A stretch of DNA of 64,000 nt from Octopus vulgaris. Its lineage: Eukaryota. The stretch spans positions 98,518,001 through 98,582,000 of the forward strand of contig OX597817.1 of NCBI GenBank assembly GCA_951406725.2, in the 5' to 3' direction. Below the pieces are notes generated by a model. It searched no databases. It had not been told where the DNA came from and worked only from the letters and a program-made list of their open reading frames with translations. This document shows, piece by piece, positions 52,357 to 64,000 of this stretch; the stretch's first letter is position 1, and each line of letters opens with the position of its first letter. Position numbers and translations under genes: made by a program.

Positions 52357-52449
52357 TATTTCTTCCTGAAGAGAAAGACACAATATGGTCTCATTATTCA
52401 ATCGGATTTTGGTAAATTGTGCCTTTCGAAACACGTGTAGAATGAAATA
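52357..52449 (+). ncRNA. Type I hammerhead ribozyme in PLE pseudo-LTR
   Basis: Stem I tatttcttc/gaatgaaata; CUGAAGA at 52366-52372; stem II gaaagacacaat/attgtgcctttc; GAAA at 52428-52431; palindromic CACGUG; GUA cleavage triplet (cut after 52439). Confidence 0.85.
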
Positions 52450-52652
52450 AAACGATTTCTGTTCAATCTTCGTTCAGCTCCATTTCTTCAATTCACCAAT
52501 AATATTTTAATTTCAATTATCCGCACCAACGCACGGTTGCAACACCATATGGTTGTACCACCAACCGTGCTGTCTTCTGCTGTGATTTTTGCTACCAAGG
52601 TATCGGTTAAACTTTTGATTAATCTGCTACAAGATTATTCATCTTTCTATTT

Positions 52653-52654
<2 letters not shown>

Positions 52655-52742
<88 letters not shown>

Positions 52743-53240
52743 TATAGAGAGAAGGGAGAACTCACAGATAGACAAGAGCATTGATAAAGAACTGACAGAA
52801 AAGGAAAGAGAATAAGTTAAAAAGAGAGTAAACAAAGAGGAAGAGAGAGAGAGAGAAAGATAGATAGATATATGAAGAGGAGATGACTGATAGAAAGGGA
52901 AGGAGAATATGTAGGAGAGTAAACAAACAGAAAGAAGAACAGTAGGAGAAGATAAGTAAAAGTAAAATAGAGAAATACTGAAAGATAGATATATAGAGAG
53001 AGGTGGACTTATAAATAGACAGGAGGGATTGAAAGGGAATTGACAGAAAGGAAAGGAGAGTAAACATAGAGGAAGAGCAGGAGAGAAAAAAGCAAACAGA
53101 AAAGACAGACAAACAGAGAGAGAGAGATAAACAAATATATATATATACTGATAGAAAGAGAATAAGTAGGAGAGAGAGTAAACAAACATAGAAAGAAAAA
53201 AGTGGGAGAGGATAAATAAGAGTAGAAAAAACTGAAATGT
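52655..53240. repeat. (TA)n, (GA)n and purine-rich low-complexity tract
   Basis: Direct inspection. Confidence 0.85.
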
Positions 53241-53243
53241 GAA

Positions 53244-54469
53244 TACGAAGAGGTTCTTGAGAAAATGTTAAAAGTATTCTTTTATTATTATAATTATTAA
53301 TTATTATGCTATAAAACTTATATGAAAATAATTGTTATAATACAATGAATATTTTAACAAAGTATATGCAAAATGTTTTCTTTTAAGGATTTTTTTCATT
53401 TGGGGGAACAGAAAAAAATCACAAGGAGCAAGACTGGGTGAATAGGGAGAGTGGGTAGGCGAGGTCATGCCATTTTTAACAAAAACTGTCTCACACTCAA
53501 GGCATTGTGCACAGGTGTATTGTTGTGATAAAACCACCACTCTCTACTTTTCCACATGTTGAGGCATTTTCATCTTACAGAATCTCGCAAACACTTCAAA
53601 ACTGCCAAGTAAAATTTGGTTAACAGTTTGACCAGGAGAAGCAAATTCTGTGTGGACAATTCCTTTCACATCAATGAAACAAATCAGCATCATCTTGACA
53701 TTGGAATTCATTTGATGTGCTTTATGTGACATTGAATGCTTCCACTGACTTGATTGCTACTTTGTTTCTGGGTCGTAGCTGTAGCACCAGCTTTCCATCA
53801 CCAGTGATGACTTTTGAAAAAGGTTTGGATCAACTTCTGACTGTTCTTCCAGTTCTTGACTCACATTCAGTCCTGACTGCTTTTGATCTTCTGTGAGTAA
53901 GCGAGGTACAAATTATGCTGCAACACTTTTCCTTCATAATTCCTCGCTCAAAATTCATTGGCAAGAAGTTGAGGATACACTAGTCATATCAACAAATTTG
54001 TCAATTGTTTGGTGATGGTCTTCCAAGATCAGTTCATGAATTTTCGTGATGTTTTCATTTGTTCAGGAGGTTGACAGTTGCCCTGAATGAGGTTGGTCTT
54101 CAAGCGACAAGCAACCATTCCTAAAGTGTGAAAACCACTTGTGGACTTATGTTTTGCTCATGGCAATGTCCTTGTAAGCTGTTTGAAGCATGACAACTGT
54201 TTTGGCTGCTGTTTTCTCCAGCAGAAAACAGAATTTCATGGAAGCACACTGTTCCTTTGTTTCAGCCATCACAAAAATCAACAAATAGGGGAGAAGCACT
54301 GTAAAACAAAGACGCACCACTTGGCAGTATGACTTCAGTCAACACCACTAGTTGGCTGACTGATGCTCGAGGGCTGCATCAAATGACTTCTAGTGGAAGA
54401 AGCCTGAACAACAATGGGCTTGTTCCACAGAGAACGTTTCCAGTTACTTCTGGGTACCTCCACACTGTA
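53244..54469 (-). mobile_element. Decayed mariner transposon
   Basis: ITGD, KMMLICFIDVKGIVHTEF..GQTVN and HSPYSPSLAPCDFFLFP (YSPDLAP motif). Confidence 0.85.
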
Positions 54470-54489
54470 CATATATACATATATATATA

Positions 54490-54712
54490 GGCGCAGGCAT
54501 GGCTGTGTAATAAGAAGCTTGCTTTCCAACCACAATTCTGGGTTCAGTTCCACTGTGTGGCACCTGGGGCAGTATGTTTCACATTAATCTCAGGCCGACC
54601 AAAGCTTTATGAGTGAATTTGGTAGACAGAAGCTAAAAGAAGCCTGCTATCTATATATGCATGTGTGTGTCTTTGTGTCTGTGTATGTTCCCCACCAACA
54701 CTTGACAACCTT
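54490..54712 (+). mobile_element. tRNA/CORE-like SINE, degenerate
   Basis: ggcgcaggcatggctgtg..gggttcagttccactg..ttggtagacagaagctaaaagaagcc. Confidence 0.8.
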
Positions 54713-54849
54713 GTAATTTACTGTGAATTCCATTTTCTTTCTCTTTTTCTCATATTATATATATATATGTATATACATGTATGTATATATATATATATAT
54801 ATATATATTGTCAGCAGTTCATATATCTGAAAAAGAAGTACATTCTAAA

Positions 54850-55490
54850 GTAATATATTTCTTAGGAAGTCATAAGTTATGGCCAATTACAGAGGGCATC
54901 CTTCAGTTGTGCACAAAACATTAAGAAACGTTTAATGAACACCTTTAAACCATGAGCAGAGGCAGAATGCTCATGTAGGGTGTACAATGACTGCTGAATG
55001 TGGAGGGAAGACTAATGCAAAGCTGAGGGGGTGGCCACCACAGCAGCCAGAATAACAGCCAAAGCAGCAATGACACATCTGCTGACAACAACAACGACAG
55101 TGGTGGTGGTACCTACAACAGCAATGCATCAAGTAACAGAGACAACAATACCAACAATTATGATGGCAGTAGCAACACCAATATAGCATCTAGAAATAGC
55201 TGCTATGTCAGCAGCAATGGAACCACCAGAATCAAATCCAGGAATATCAGCACTGGCAGCAACTCAAGCAACAACAACAAAGAAACATCAGATGTGGTTG
55301 CACATCCAGTACACAGACACAAAAGTATGTCAGTTCAACTGCGGTCTCGTCTAAGCAATGTCTGAACAAACACAAGCCCTCTTTAAGGATACTGGAAAGA
55401 TACAACACCAAATCTCTGGCCAGCCACATATGGTACTTTAAAGAGGAAGGAACCCCATACATAATAGATGGATTCTGAGGACCTTGAGAA
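54850..55490 (+). mobile_element. Probable decayed PLE fragment (low-complexity linker + GIY-YIG end)
   Basis: KHKPSLRILERYNTKSLASHIWYFKEEGTPY resembles the C-terminal GIY-YIG segment of PLEs. A CAA/CAG-rich tract precedes it. Confidence 0.45.
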
Positions 55491-55499
55491 CAAGGGATC

Positions 55500-56030
55500 A
55501 GGAAACTATGCTGGTTCTTTGGAAGACATTAATATTGTGGTCACCTCACAGTATCAAATTAACAGCAAAACTTGAGGCAGTTCAGCAGTGCTACATCAAG
55601 AAGATTGCATTAATGGAACAGCTGAGCTACTGGGAGAGAACAAAAAAGCTACGGCTCTACTCCCTGAAGTGAAGACAGGAGAGATATGCAGTGATATATG
55701 TATGGAAGATCCTGGAGAGGTTGGCACCAATCTACGGCATCAAGCGCTATACCAGCCCCCAAACTGGATGTCACTGCATTGTTTTAAAGGTTCCAACTGT
55801 CCCATCTAGAGTGAGGTCCATGTACTGTAATAGCTTTGGGATTCAAGGGCCCATGGCTACTTAATACCTTGCCAAAACATCTGAGGGATCTACATGGAGT
55901 AGGTGTAGATGTTTTCAAAAAATAACTTGACCTCCTATTGTCCAAAGTTCCGGATAAGCTTACATCATGGCAAGAAACTCAAAACAGGGCAGCAATGTCA
56001 AACTTCCTCCTTTACCAAAAGCCAACCATA
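55500..56030 (+). mobile_element. CR1-clade LINE 3' fragment
   Basis: WSPH..KLEAVQ..LSYWERTKKLRLYSL..RQER...WKIL. Confidence 0.75.
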
Positions 56031-56099
56031 TAAGAATGGCCATGGAAAAAGTGATTATACAGGTGGTGCTCCAGCATGTGTACACACACATTTATGTGT

Positions 56100-58190
56100 A
56101 AAAAATGAAGGAAAAGAGAAATAATGAAAGCTTCTGACAATGCAGAAAGTTTTACCAAAAAACCCAAAATCCTTTATATTTTGGCTGCAAAAGCCTATTG
56201 TCAACATCTGTAAACAGTGTAAACTTCCAGCAAGGATCAAAAGGAACTTCACTACACAAAACAGTAAGATGCCTACATTTTACTTTCTTATCAAGACACA
56301 TAAGCAGGAACCTGACCTTCCACATCAGACCCACAGTCTCCAAGGGACCATTTTATAAAATCTCATGGTTCCTGTTCAGGATCCTGAAACCCGTACTGTT
56401 GACTTTCTTAGGTCAAGTCAGCCCAGACAAAGTCATTCAACAACAGCTCTGTCTTGAACCCAACACACTCAGAGACAACAGATATACCTATTTCTTTATT
56501 ACCCACAAGGGGCTAAACACAGAGGGGACAAACAAGGACAGACATAGGTATTAAGTCGATTACATCGACCCCAGTGCGTAACTGGTACTTAATTTATCGA
56601 CCCCGAAAGGATGAAAGGCAAAGTCGACCTCGGCGGAATTCGAACTCACAACGTAACGCAGACAAAATACCGCTAAGCATTTCGCCCGGCGTGCTAACGT
56701 TTCTGCCTTCAGCTTTGGCATGGTCTTGCTATACACCTTAGTTCCTGTCCTTCCTGCGGTCAACCTGATCACAGAATGTGTCACCTTGGACTCACACTGT
56801 TTCAAACTTATCACCCCTGATATCTACCAGCAACTGTCAGTCATAATTACAAACACACACACTCTGATTTCCTTGGCAACATATGTAAACAGTGTTCAAG
56901 CCTGTCTATGGGATCCAACCACTCAGGACTGCTTGACATTATTTACTTAGACCAGCTGGAGCATAGAACACTTAGTACCTGTCATTCATGCATATTCTTC
57001 ACTCGGTATGCAGACAAGAACCTCATGCTCACTGCATCCCACGAGGACACCTCCACAATACTATAGAATTTCAATAGGATGGACCAACACTTTAACTCAA
57101 CCACTGAACACCCAAACAATAATGGTTCCCTCTTCTTGGTTGACTTTTGGCTAAATATCATGGATGAGGAAAAGATTGACATTGTGTTCTACTGAAAGTC
57201 AATCTGCTGGGATGTCTTCATCCATTACAAGTTGGACTTTCCCATCAGAGCTAAGATCAACTTTGTACATAACAAAATTGCTTGAATAAACAAGAGATGC
57301 AGTGAGTGACAAGGCCAGCCAGGACACACATGTTGCTCAGTTTCTGAAGGTGCTTGAGACCAATGGATACCCAACATCTGTTATTAACTCCATACATGGA
57401 CACAAGCCAAATAAATGTGACGATAGGGATTTGTCTAAGACCTGCTTCTTGAAGATGCCCCACTTTAATGAAATGACCACCTCTGCCATTTACATCCTAC
57501 TAGCTGATTCGAAATCACCCCTACATAAACACCTATCAAAGAGGTGGTTATGTGCAGAACAGCAACCCTGCACACTGACAAACTGCCCTATTTACAACAC
57601 AAACATGTGCCAACATTCATACATAGTGTACATAAACTCCAAATGCTACAACTATTATATCAGTAGCATCTGAGTGAAGGAGAACCTCACTACCAATACA
57701 TCTTCCTTTCACAAACACTTAATTAAATGTGGCAACATCACCAAAGCTATAGATGCTTCCATACAAGCCTTGGAGAGGAACACAGGAACTATTTGTGACA
57801 AAGAAGATATACTGATTCTACTGCCTCAACCTGAAAATTAATAGTTGATTGGAGATGGGCAAGTGGTTCCTATTAATATATCACTGCGACTACAACTAAC
57901 ATACGCCACCATTACCATCTTCCAACACCATGACTAACATGTGTAAATATGTCATAATGACCACAACCAACTGTTGGAGAGTTGCTTGCACCAACAGTCA
58001 GAGAGTTGCTGTCGCTGCTAACCCAAATGCCAAGCAGTTTAAAATAACAAAATCTATGAAAATATACATATCTTTGAAAACTTTCATCTGAAGACAGGAC
58101 TTTGCATCTGAAATATAAATGTTCCTTTTTTTGTAAAGCTTTCTGCATTGTTAGAAGCTTTCTTTATCTCTCTTTTACTTCATTTTCTAC
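56100..58190 (+). mobile_element. Old Penelope/Poseidon-like element with short inverted ends
   Basis: PTFYFLIKTHK..IRP, NGYP, C..NCP..C..IVY remnants. 56101-56162 is an imperfect reverse complement of 58126-58187. Confidence 0.7.
56490..56710 (-). mobile_element. tRNA-derived SINE with Meta-like domain
   Basis: Same family as 36751-36985; B box gagttcgaattc. Confidence 0.85.
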
Positions 58191-58440
58191 TTCTGTACAA
58201 CAATGCTTCAATCAAACTACAATGCTTTCTATATATACATACATACATGATAGATCGCTAGCCACTACACATTCTTTATTTTGTCTCCTTGTTTCTGTCT
58301 GTGTTCCTTTCTGTGGAAGAACATAGGCTCGAAATGTTAAAGACTTTTTTACTTTCAGAGCGTTATACTAATACATCTGTTTGTTGCCTACACCACCTGT
58401 CTTCATCTTTTGTTCTTTTTGGGAATTCTCCCTATATATA

Positions 58441-58598
58441 GAGGCTGTGTGGTAAGTAGCTTGGTTACCAACCACATGGTTCCGGGTTCAGTCCCACTGC
58501 ATGGCACCTTGGGCAAGTGTCTTCTACTATAGCCTCGGGCCGACCAAAACCTTGTGAGTGGATTTGGTAGACGGAAACTGAAAGAAGCCCGTCGTATA
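58441..58598 (+). mobile_element. tRNA/CORE-like SINE head
   Basis: Near-identical to 23120-23275. Confidence 0.88.
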
Positions 58599-58625
58599 TA
58601 TGTATATATATATATATATACATAT

Positions 58626-59748
58626 CTATGAAAAATCCAAATATAAGTACGGCCAGTCTTTCCACAAATACCTGTTGGAGAACTGGAAACGCTACTTAGA
58701 TGATTGCCTCATCCTATGGTCCCACACACTCGACCAACTTATAGACTTCAAAAACCTTATCAACAGTGTAAATAACAACATTCAATTCACAATGGAATAT
58801 AGTCAGGACCAACTCCCTTTTCTTGACATCCTAATCATTAAAAAAGGCGTCAACATTGAAACTGACATCCATTACAAACCCACTGACTCTAAACAATACC
58901 TTCTATTCACCTCCAATCACCCAAAACACACAAAGACAAATATCCCCTTCAACCTAGCGAGAAGAATCTGCACTATTGTCTCAAATGACACAACACGAAA
59001 TAGAAGACTCCGGGAACTAAGGGCAATTCTTCTCGAAAGACATTACCCGGCATCACTAGTAGACAACGGAATAGAACGGGCCAAATCAATCAACATTCAA
59101 GACCTTCGAAAACCCAAACACATCCACAGTACAGTCAATAGCCTCCCTTATCTCTCAACACACAACCCAAGGAATGCAGAAGCTTACACTATTATATACA
59201 ACAACATTCCACAACTAAATCAAGACCCACGCCTGAAAAAAATACTGGCAGCTCATAAAATAATAAAAGTAAGAGACAACCTAAATCCCTAAAAAACCTC
59301 CTCACCAACGCAAAATTACACAACACAAACCCACCGCCCACCATCAAAAAATGTGGTCGCCCCAACTGTAAGACCTGCATCCACCTCATTGAGGGATCGT
59401 CGTACAAGTTCCACTCGGGACACACATTCATCATAAAAAATAACTTCACGTGCGCATCAAAAAAATTTACTCTACGTCATAAGGTGTGAAGGATGCCACG
59501 AAGACTACATAGGGCAAACGAGCCTTACCCTCAGAGACAGAATGACAGTTCACCGACAACAACTGAGGGACCCCTCCACAAGACAGATACCACTAAGTGG
59601 ACACTTAGACCTTTGTGCACACAATAAGTCCCCCAAATTCTTAGTCTTCCCACTATACCAATGCTCGGACAACACCACAGACCAAACACGAATAAATAAG
59701 GAAAGTAATCTTATTCAAAAATACAGACCACAACTAAACATACTCTAA
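58626..59748 (+). mobile_element. 5'-truncated Penelope-like element, Neptune-like, with frameshifts
   Basis: WKRYLDDC, IQFTME, LPFLDI, YKPTDSKQYL..SNHP, CGRPNCKTC, and GIY-YIG LYVIRCEGCHEDYIGQT..RMTVH. Confidence 0.88.
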
Positions 59749-59899
59749 CATACCCCCTGGAAGCACATCCAGAGCAAGCACACAGGGACGCGCGCACGCT
59801 CACAGCATATCGTGCGGGCGGGCACATGCGCGCATCGGCACGCATAGGACACACTAGCGGGCATTGACCGCACACATACGTGGCATGCACACGCATGCA

Positions 59900-60116
59900 T
59901 TATATATATGTAGGTGATGTATGTGTGTGTGTGTGTGTGTGTGCACTGTGTGCGTGTGTGTGTATATGTGTGTGTGCGCGCATTGTATGTGTTTGTGTGT
60001 GTGCACGTGTGTATATATGTGTGTGTGTGTGTGCACTGTGTGCGGGTGTGTGTGTATGTGTGTGTGTGTGTGTGTGTGAGCATTGTATACGTGTGTATGT
60101 ATTTACATATGTATCT

Positions 60117-60160
<44 letters not shown>

Positions 60161-61185
60161 TGTGTGTGTATATGCATGGTATGTATGTATATGTTAGTAC
60201 TTTGTTTGTGTGTATGTGCGGCATGTAGAGATATATTTGAGTGTGTACGCTATAGGTTTGTAATTTGTGTGTGTGGGGGGTGGTGAATTTTTTATATATA
60301 TATGTGTGTGTGTATGTGTGTGAAAAAATATATGTATGTGCATGTATGTATGTATGTATGTGTGTATATATATATATATATATGTGTATATATATGTGTG
60401 TGTGTGTATGTGTGTGTGTGTATATTTATTTGCATGTTTATGTGTGTATAAACATGTACATTATTTGCATGCGCATTGTATATATGTATATTGTATGTAT
60501 GTGTATTGTATATGTACGTGTACAATTAAGTGTATATATTTGTGTGTATGTGTGCACTGTATATATGTATATTGTAGGTGTGCTATATGTGCATGAATAC
60601 ATGTATATGCATTGCGTGTATATATATGTATGCATTGTGTGTGTATGTATGTTATGTGTGTGTGTGTGTATATATATATTATATGTATGCGTACGTGTAT
60701 GTGTATGCATTGTATGTATGTGTGTTGTGTGTATATGTGGTACATCTATGTATGTGTATGTAAACACTATTTATATGTATATGTGTATATATGTATATGC
60801 ATTGTCTATATATATATATATTATATGTATGTATTGCGTATGTATATTGCATGCATATATTGTGTATGTATATTACTTACATGCTGTATGTGTGTATTGT
60901 ATGTGTGTATATATATATGCTAGGTGTATTTGTGTGATATTTATATTATGTATGTATGTGTGCGTGTGTTGTGTGTGTGTGTGTGTATGTGTGTTATATA
61001 TCTGTGTATGTTATATATAGATACATGTTATATTTGTGTGCTGTGTGTATATGTGATATATGTGGGTGCGTTGTGTGTGGGTGTGTGTGTGTGTTGTTTG
61101 TATGTGGTTTGTGTTTGTATACTATGTGTGTGTGTGTGTGTGTTGTTGTGTGTGTGTGTGTTTGTGTGTATATATATGTGTGTGA
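59900..61185. repeat. ~1.3-kb compound (TG/TA)n microsatellite
   Basis: Alternating purine-pyrimidine tract; source of the C/V/Y/M-rich ORFs. Confidence 0.95.
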
Positions 61186-61540
61186 CAAACAGACGCTGTC
61201 TGACCAGCAGGCACGGACACATCTATTCACACCCGCATACTAACCTCCTGATAACCCCAAAATCATTCATGCATAAAGGGGAAGTATACACCACATTGGC
61301 TACTTCTGTTCTCTCAGTTCAGCCTTTCTGCTAATACTGACAGGTCAGTAAAAACATACTTAAAATATTCTGAGATGGACAAAAAATCCATTTTAATTTT
61401 TGCTGTCAAAACGCTGTATATATATACCAAAGATTGTATATATATACATGTAATGTGACAATTTGCGACAACCAATAATTAACGCAACCAATTCCCAATA
61501 ATATATTTGTTTTATCCTTTTCTGCCAAATTTTCCCAAAT

Positions 61541-61725
61541 AATGTGACAATTATGTATAAAAAAACATTTTTGAATTCATAATATCCAATGTGACAATTA
61601 TGTAAAAAACTTTTTTGAATGCATAATATTCAATGTGACAATTATGTAAAAAACTTTTTTGAATGCATAATATTCAATGTGACAATTATGTAAAAAACTT
61701 TTTTTGAACCCATATTATTCAATGT
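61541..61725. repeat. Minisatellite, four ~44-47-bp units
   Basis: aatgtgacaattatgtaaaaaacttttttgaatgcataatattc repeated. Confidence 0.88.
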
Positions 61726-61856
61726 TTCCTTAAATGTAACTTTTGACAATCTTTTACCAAAGAGTGAAACCGGTTAAGTAAATAAACATCGTTTAAATTG
61801 CATTTTCAAACCTTTTTTCTTATATAATCCCACTCGTGCGATACCCCACAACTCAA

Positions 61857-61894
<38 letters not shown>

Positions 61895-61904
61895 TGTGTG
61901 TGTT

Positions 61905-62102
61905 TGTTCCCCTAGCATTGCTTGACAACCGATGCTGGTGTGTTTATGTCCTCATTACTTAGCGGTTCGGCAAAAGAGACCGATAGAATAAGTACTGGGC
62001 TTACAAAAAGAATAAGTACCAGGGTCGAGTTGCTCGATTAAAGGCGGTGCTCCAGTATGGCTGCAGTCAAATGACTGAAACAAGTAAAAGAGTAAAAAGA
62101 GT
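61905..62102 (+). mobile_element. SINE 3' half
   Basis: Near-identical to 23320-23505. Confidence 0.85.
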
Positions 62103-62321
62103 AATACACACACACACACACACAAGAGTTACGGAATGGAGTAGGAGAAATCTTGGCTATATATGCTTCATAGTGAGTGGAACCTCAGAAGTGGTAAAAG
62201 TGAGGCCAAGGATGTCTTGATTAGATTGAAAGTTACATTGTCGCAAGGAGGTACATGTTGATGCAAAGAAGATTCAATCACAATGTATGGAGGGCACAGT
62301 ATGAGAGGGATATGTAAATGT

Positions 62322-62608
62322 AAGGAGGAAAAAAAAATATAAGGTAGTGTGAGGAAGGAGCTATTGGGCAAGGTTAGTTGACTGATAGTAGATGATATAG
62401 AAATTTTGGCCGAATCACAGGATTTAGTAGTGGGATCGGTACTTGAAGAACAGATAAATTGGAGGGGAGAGGGTGAGGAAATATTTCTGGTCATGGGGGA
62501 GAGAGAATCCTGTGATTCAGCCAAAACTACCATATCATCTACTACCAGTCAACTAATCTTGCCCAATCCCTCCTTCAACTTACTCTTTTATATTTTTCTT
62601 TCTTCTTT
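62322..62608. repeat. Fold-back inverted repeat, ~100-bp arms
   Basis: ttgggcaaggttagttgactgatagtagatgatat..ttttggccgaatcacaggatt pairs with aatcctgtgattcagccaaaa..atatcatctactaccagtcaactaatcttgcccaa. Confidence 0.82.
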
Positions 62609-62651
62609 CTTCCCTTCTTCTAATACCTAATTCTCCTTACATTTATATATC

Positions 62652-64000
62652 TCTGTGGGATGACTACAGTTTCGTCCACCAAAATGTCGTCAATGTAGGA
62701 GCTGGTGGCCTTTCTAATCTTGCCGTCTTTCCCTAGGACAGACCTAAGCACTGCCGCCATGATCTTCGGAGCGGAATTCAGCCCGAAACCCAGCCTGGTT
62801 AGACAGTACGTCCGGCCCTTGTACCGCACCAGCTGACATCGCCACAGTTTGTCGCTCACATGGAGCTGCAAGTATGCCGATCTCAAGTCGACAATCGCCG
62901 CTGCCTCAGTCGACTGTCTCCACTTACGTAATGCCTCACCACAAACGTCTGTCGCCTCACCTCCCGTGTGACACGATATGTGCTGGTTTAGCTTCCTGAA
63001 GTCCAGCACCGGTCTGACTTTTCCCTTCGTAGGCTGCACCACCGCCATCAGGGGTAGCACTCCGCCCACTACCTCCTCCTTCCAAGGGACAAGGACCCCT
63101 TCCTCGATCCACCTCTCCACCTAGTCTTCAAACTCGACCCTGGCGTGGCCTTTCAGGGTATGCTGGTAACAGCTCACCCTGTTCTCCAGCATCGGGGGCT
63201 CGTCCTTCCATCGCCACTCTATCGTCCACCGCTGACCATCGAATGCCGCCTGAAAGTCTTTGTCCTCGATGGTGTAAGCAGTGCAGTCCCTCACGGAGCT
63301 CTGCTCTCTCTGGCGATCCTGACTCGCAGTGCACGACGTCCCCACACTTCCGAACGTGACCTCATTTCCCACAACACTGACGCCACCGAGGCAGTTGATG
63401 GCGTCCATCCCCATCACCACATCAACTCCATCTATCACGCGTTCAGCCACAATTGCCTGCAGCCTTAGCGTCGCGCTGCGCACCACTATCTCTACCTTGC
63501 TGCTGCCTCTGCAACGGATTTCGCTGCCGTCGACCGCCCGGACACTAGTCACCCTGTTCCATTCCTTCGTCACCCTCGAAGTCACCAGGGTGGTCGTACA
63601 GCCCGTATCCACAAGGGCCTTGAACGTCTCCCCCTCGGCCTCCACGTCAATCAATGGCACCATCTCCAATAGTGCCTCTACTCGTTTGAGGGGAAAGTTC
63701 GAGAGGCAGCAACTTCCCCGCAGTCGTTTCCCTGGCCGCAATCACGGGCAATGTGCCCTGTCTGCCTGCATCGATAGCAAACGGGCCCCGGCTGCGTACA
63801 GTCCCGCGCCATGTGCGGTCCCTGGCATCTAAAACACCGTCCTGAGAACGGCCGCTCTCGTTGCACGGTGAGCTTCTGTACCTCTTTCTCGGGACGTCAT
63901 CCGTCTTTACGCGCCTCCGTCACCGCCATCGCTATCGCCTTCCACCCAGAGTGTCTCGTCAATGCGCGAGCCTGAGCTACAAGTTCACTCAATGGCATCT
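62652..64000 (-). mobile_element. Ty3/Gypsy LTR retrotransposon gag-pol, truncated after YIDD and running off the window
   Basis: Two Zn knuckles (CFRCQGPHMARDC, CYRCRQTGHIARDC), protease ALVDTG, and RT RPVLDFRKLN, DLRSAYLQ, FGLNSAP, YIDD. One in-frame TAG at 63121-63123. Confidence 0.93.
63673..63732 (-). promoter_or_regulatory. Programmed -1 ribosomal frameshift signal (G GGA AAC + H-type pseudoknot)
   Basis: The heptamer at 63732-63726 is in the gag frame, and pol is open in the -1 frame. 6-nt spacer; stem 1 GGGGAAGUU/AACUUUCCCC; stem 2 UGCCUCU/AGAGGCA. Confidence 0.82.

Larger units (their letters stand above)
47498..52655. mobile_element. Young Penelope-like element (Nematis-like) with 5'-inverted duplicate, inserted in (TA)n
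   Basis: 47498-49149 and 50859-52509 are near-perfect inverted copies. (TA)n flanks both sides. Confidence 0.95.

Noticed and set aside
59745-61334. Many long C/V/Y/H/T-rich ORFs
   Set aside because: Microsatellite translations.
63121-63123. Programmed stop readthrough between protease and RT
   Set aside because: The TAG lies inside the RT N-terminal region and is most simply a nonsense mutation in a truncated copy.

Overview
AT-rich, repeat-saturated animal genomic DNA. The SINE and LINE families look like those of a coleoid cephalopod, probably Octopus (inference). The only host-gene sequence I can support is the last three coding exons of a minus-strand NEK4-like kinase (33981-34038, 32637-32718, 27499-27597). 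Everything above ~34 kb is probably intronic to it. The rest is nested mobile DNA: several RTE-clade LINEs, an R4/Dong-type LINE with an open 678-aa ORF, a decayed Tx1/L1, a CR1 3' end, several Penelope-like elements (PLEs), Ty3/Gypsy pieces, a mariner relic, a long-TIR Sola2-like transposon, tRNA SINEs, MITE/Helitron-like relics and microsatellites. Highlights: (1) a very young PLE forming a ~5 kb inverted structure with ~1.65 kb arms, each carrying a hammerhead ribozyme; (2) a full-length RTE LINE whose 5' part is inverted between its own 11-bp TSDs; (3) a Gypsy gag-pol G GGA AAC slippery site with an H-type pseudoknot; (4) a tandemly amplified compact pseudoknot-like motif in RTE 3' UTRs; (5) many short fold-back structures. 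I found no evidence of a wholly new gene system. Most ORF-track entries are microsatellite or antisense artefacts, and element boundaries are approximate.
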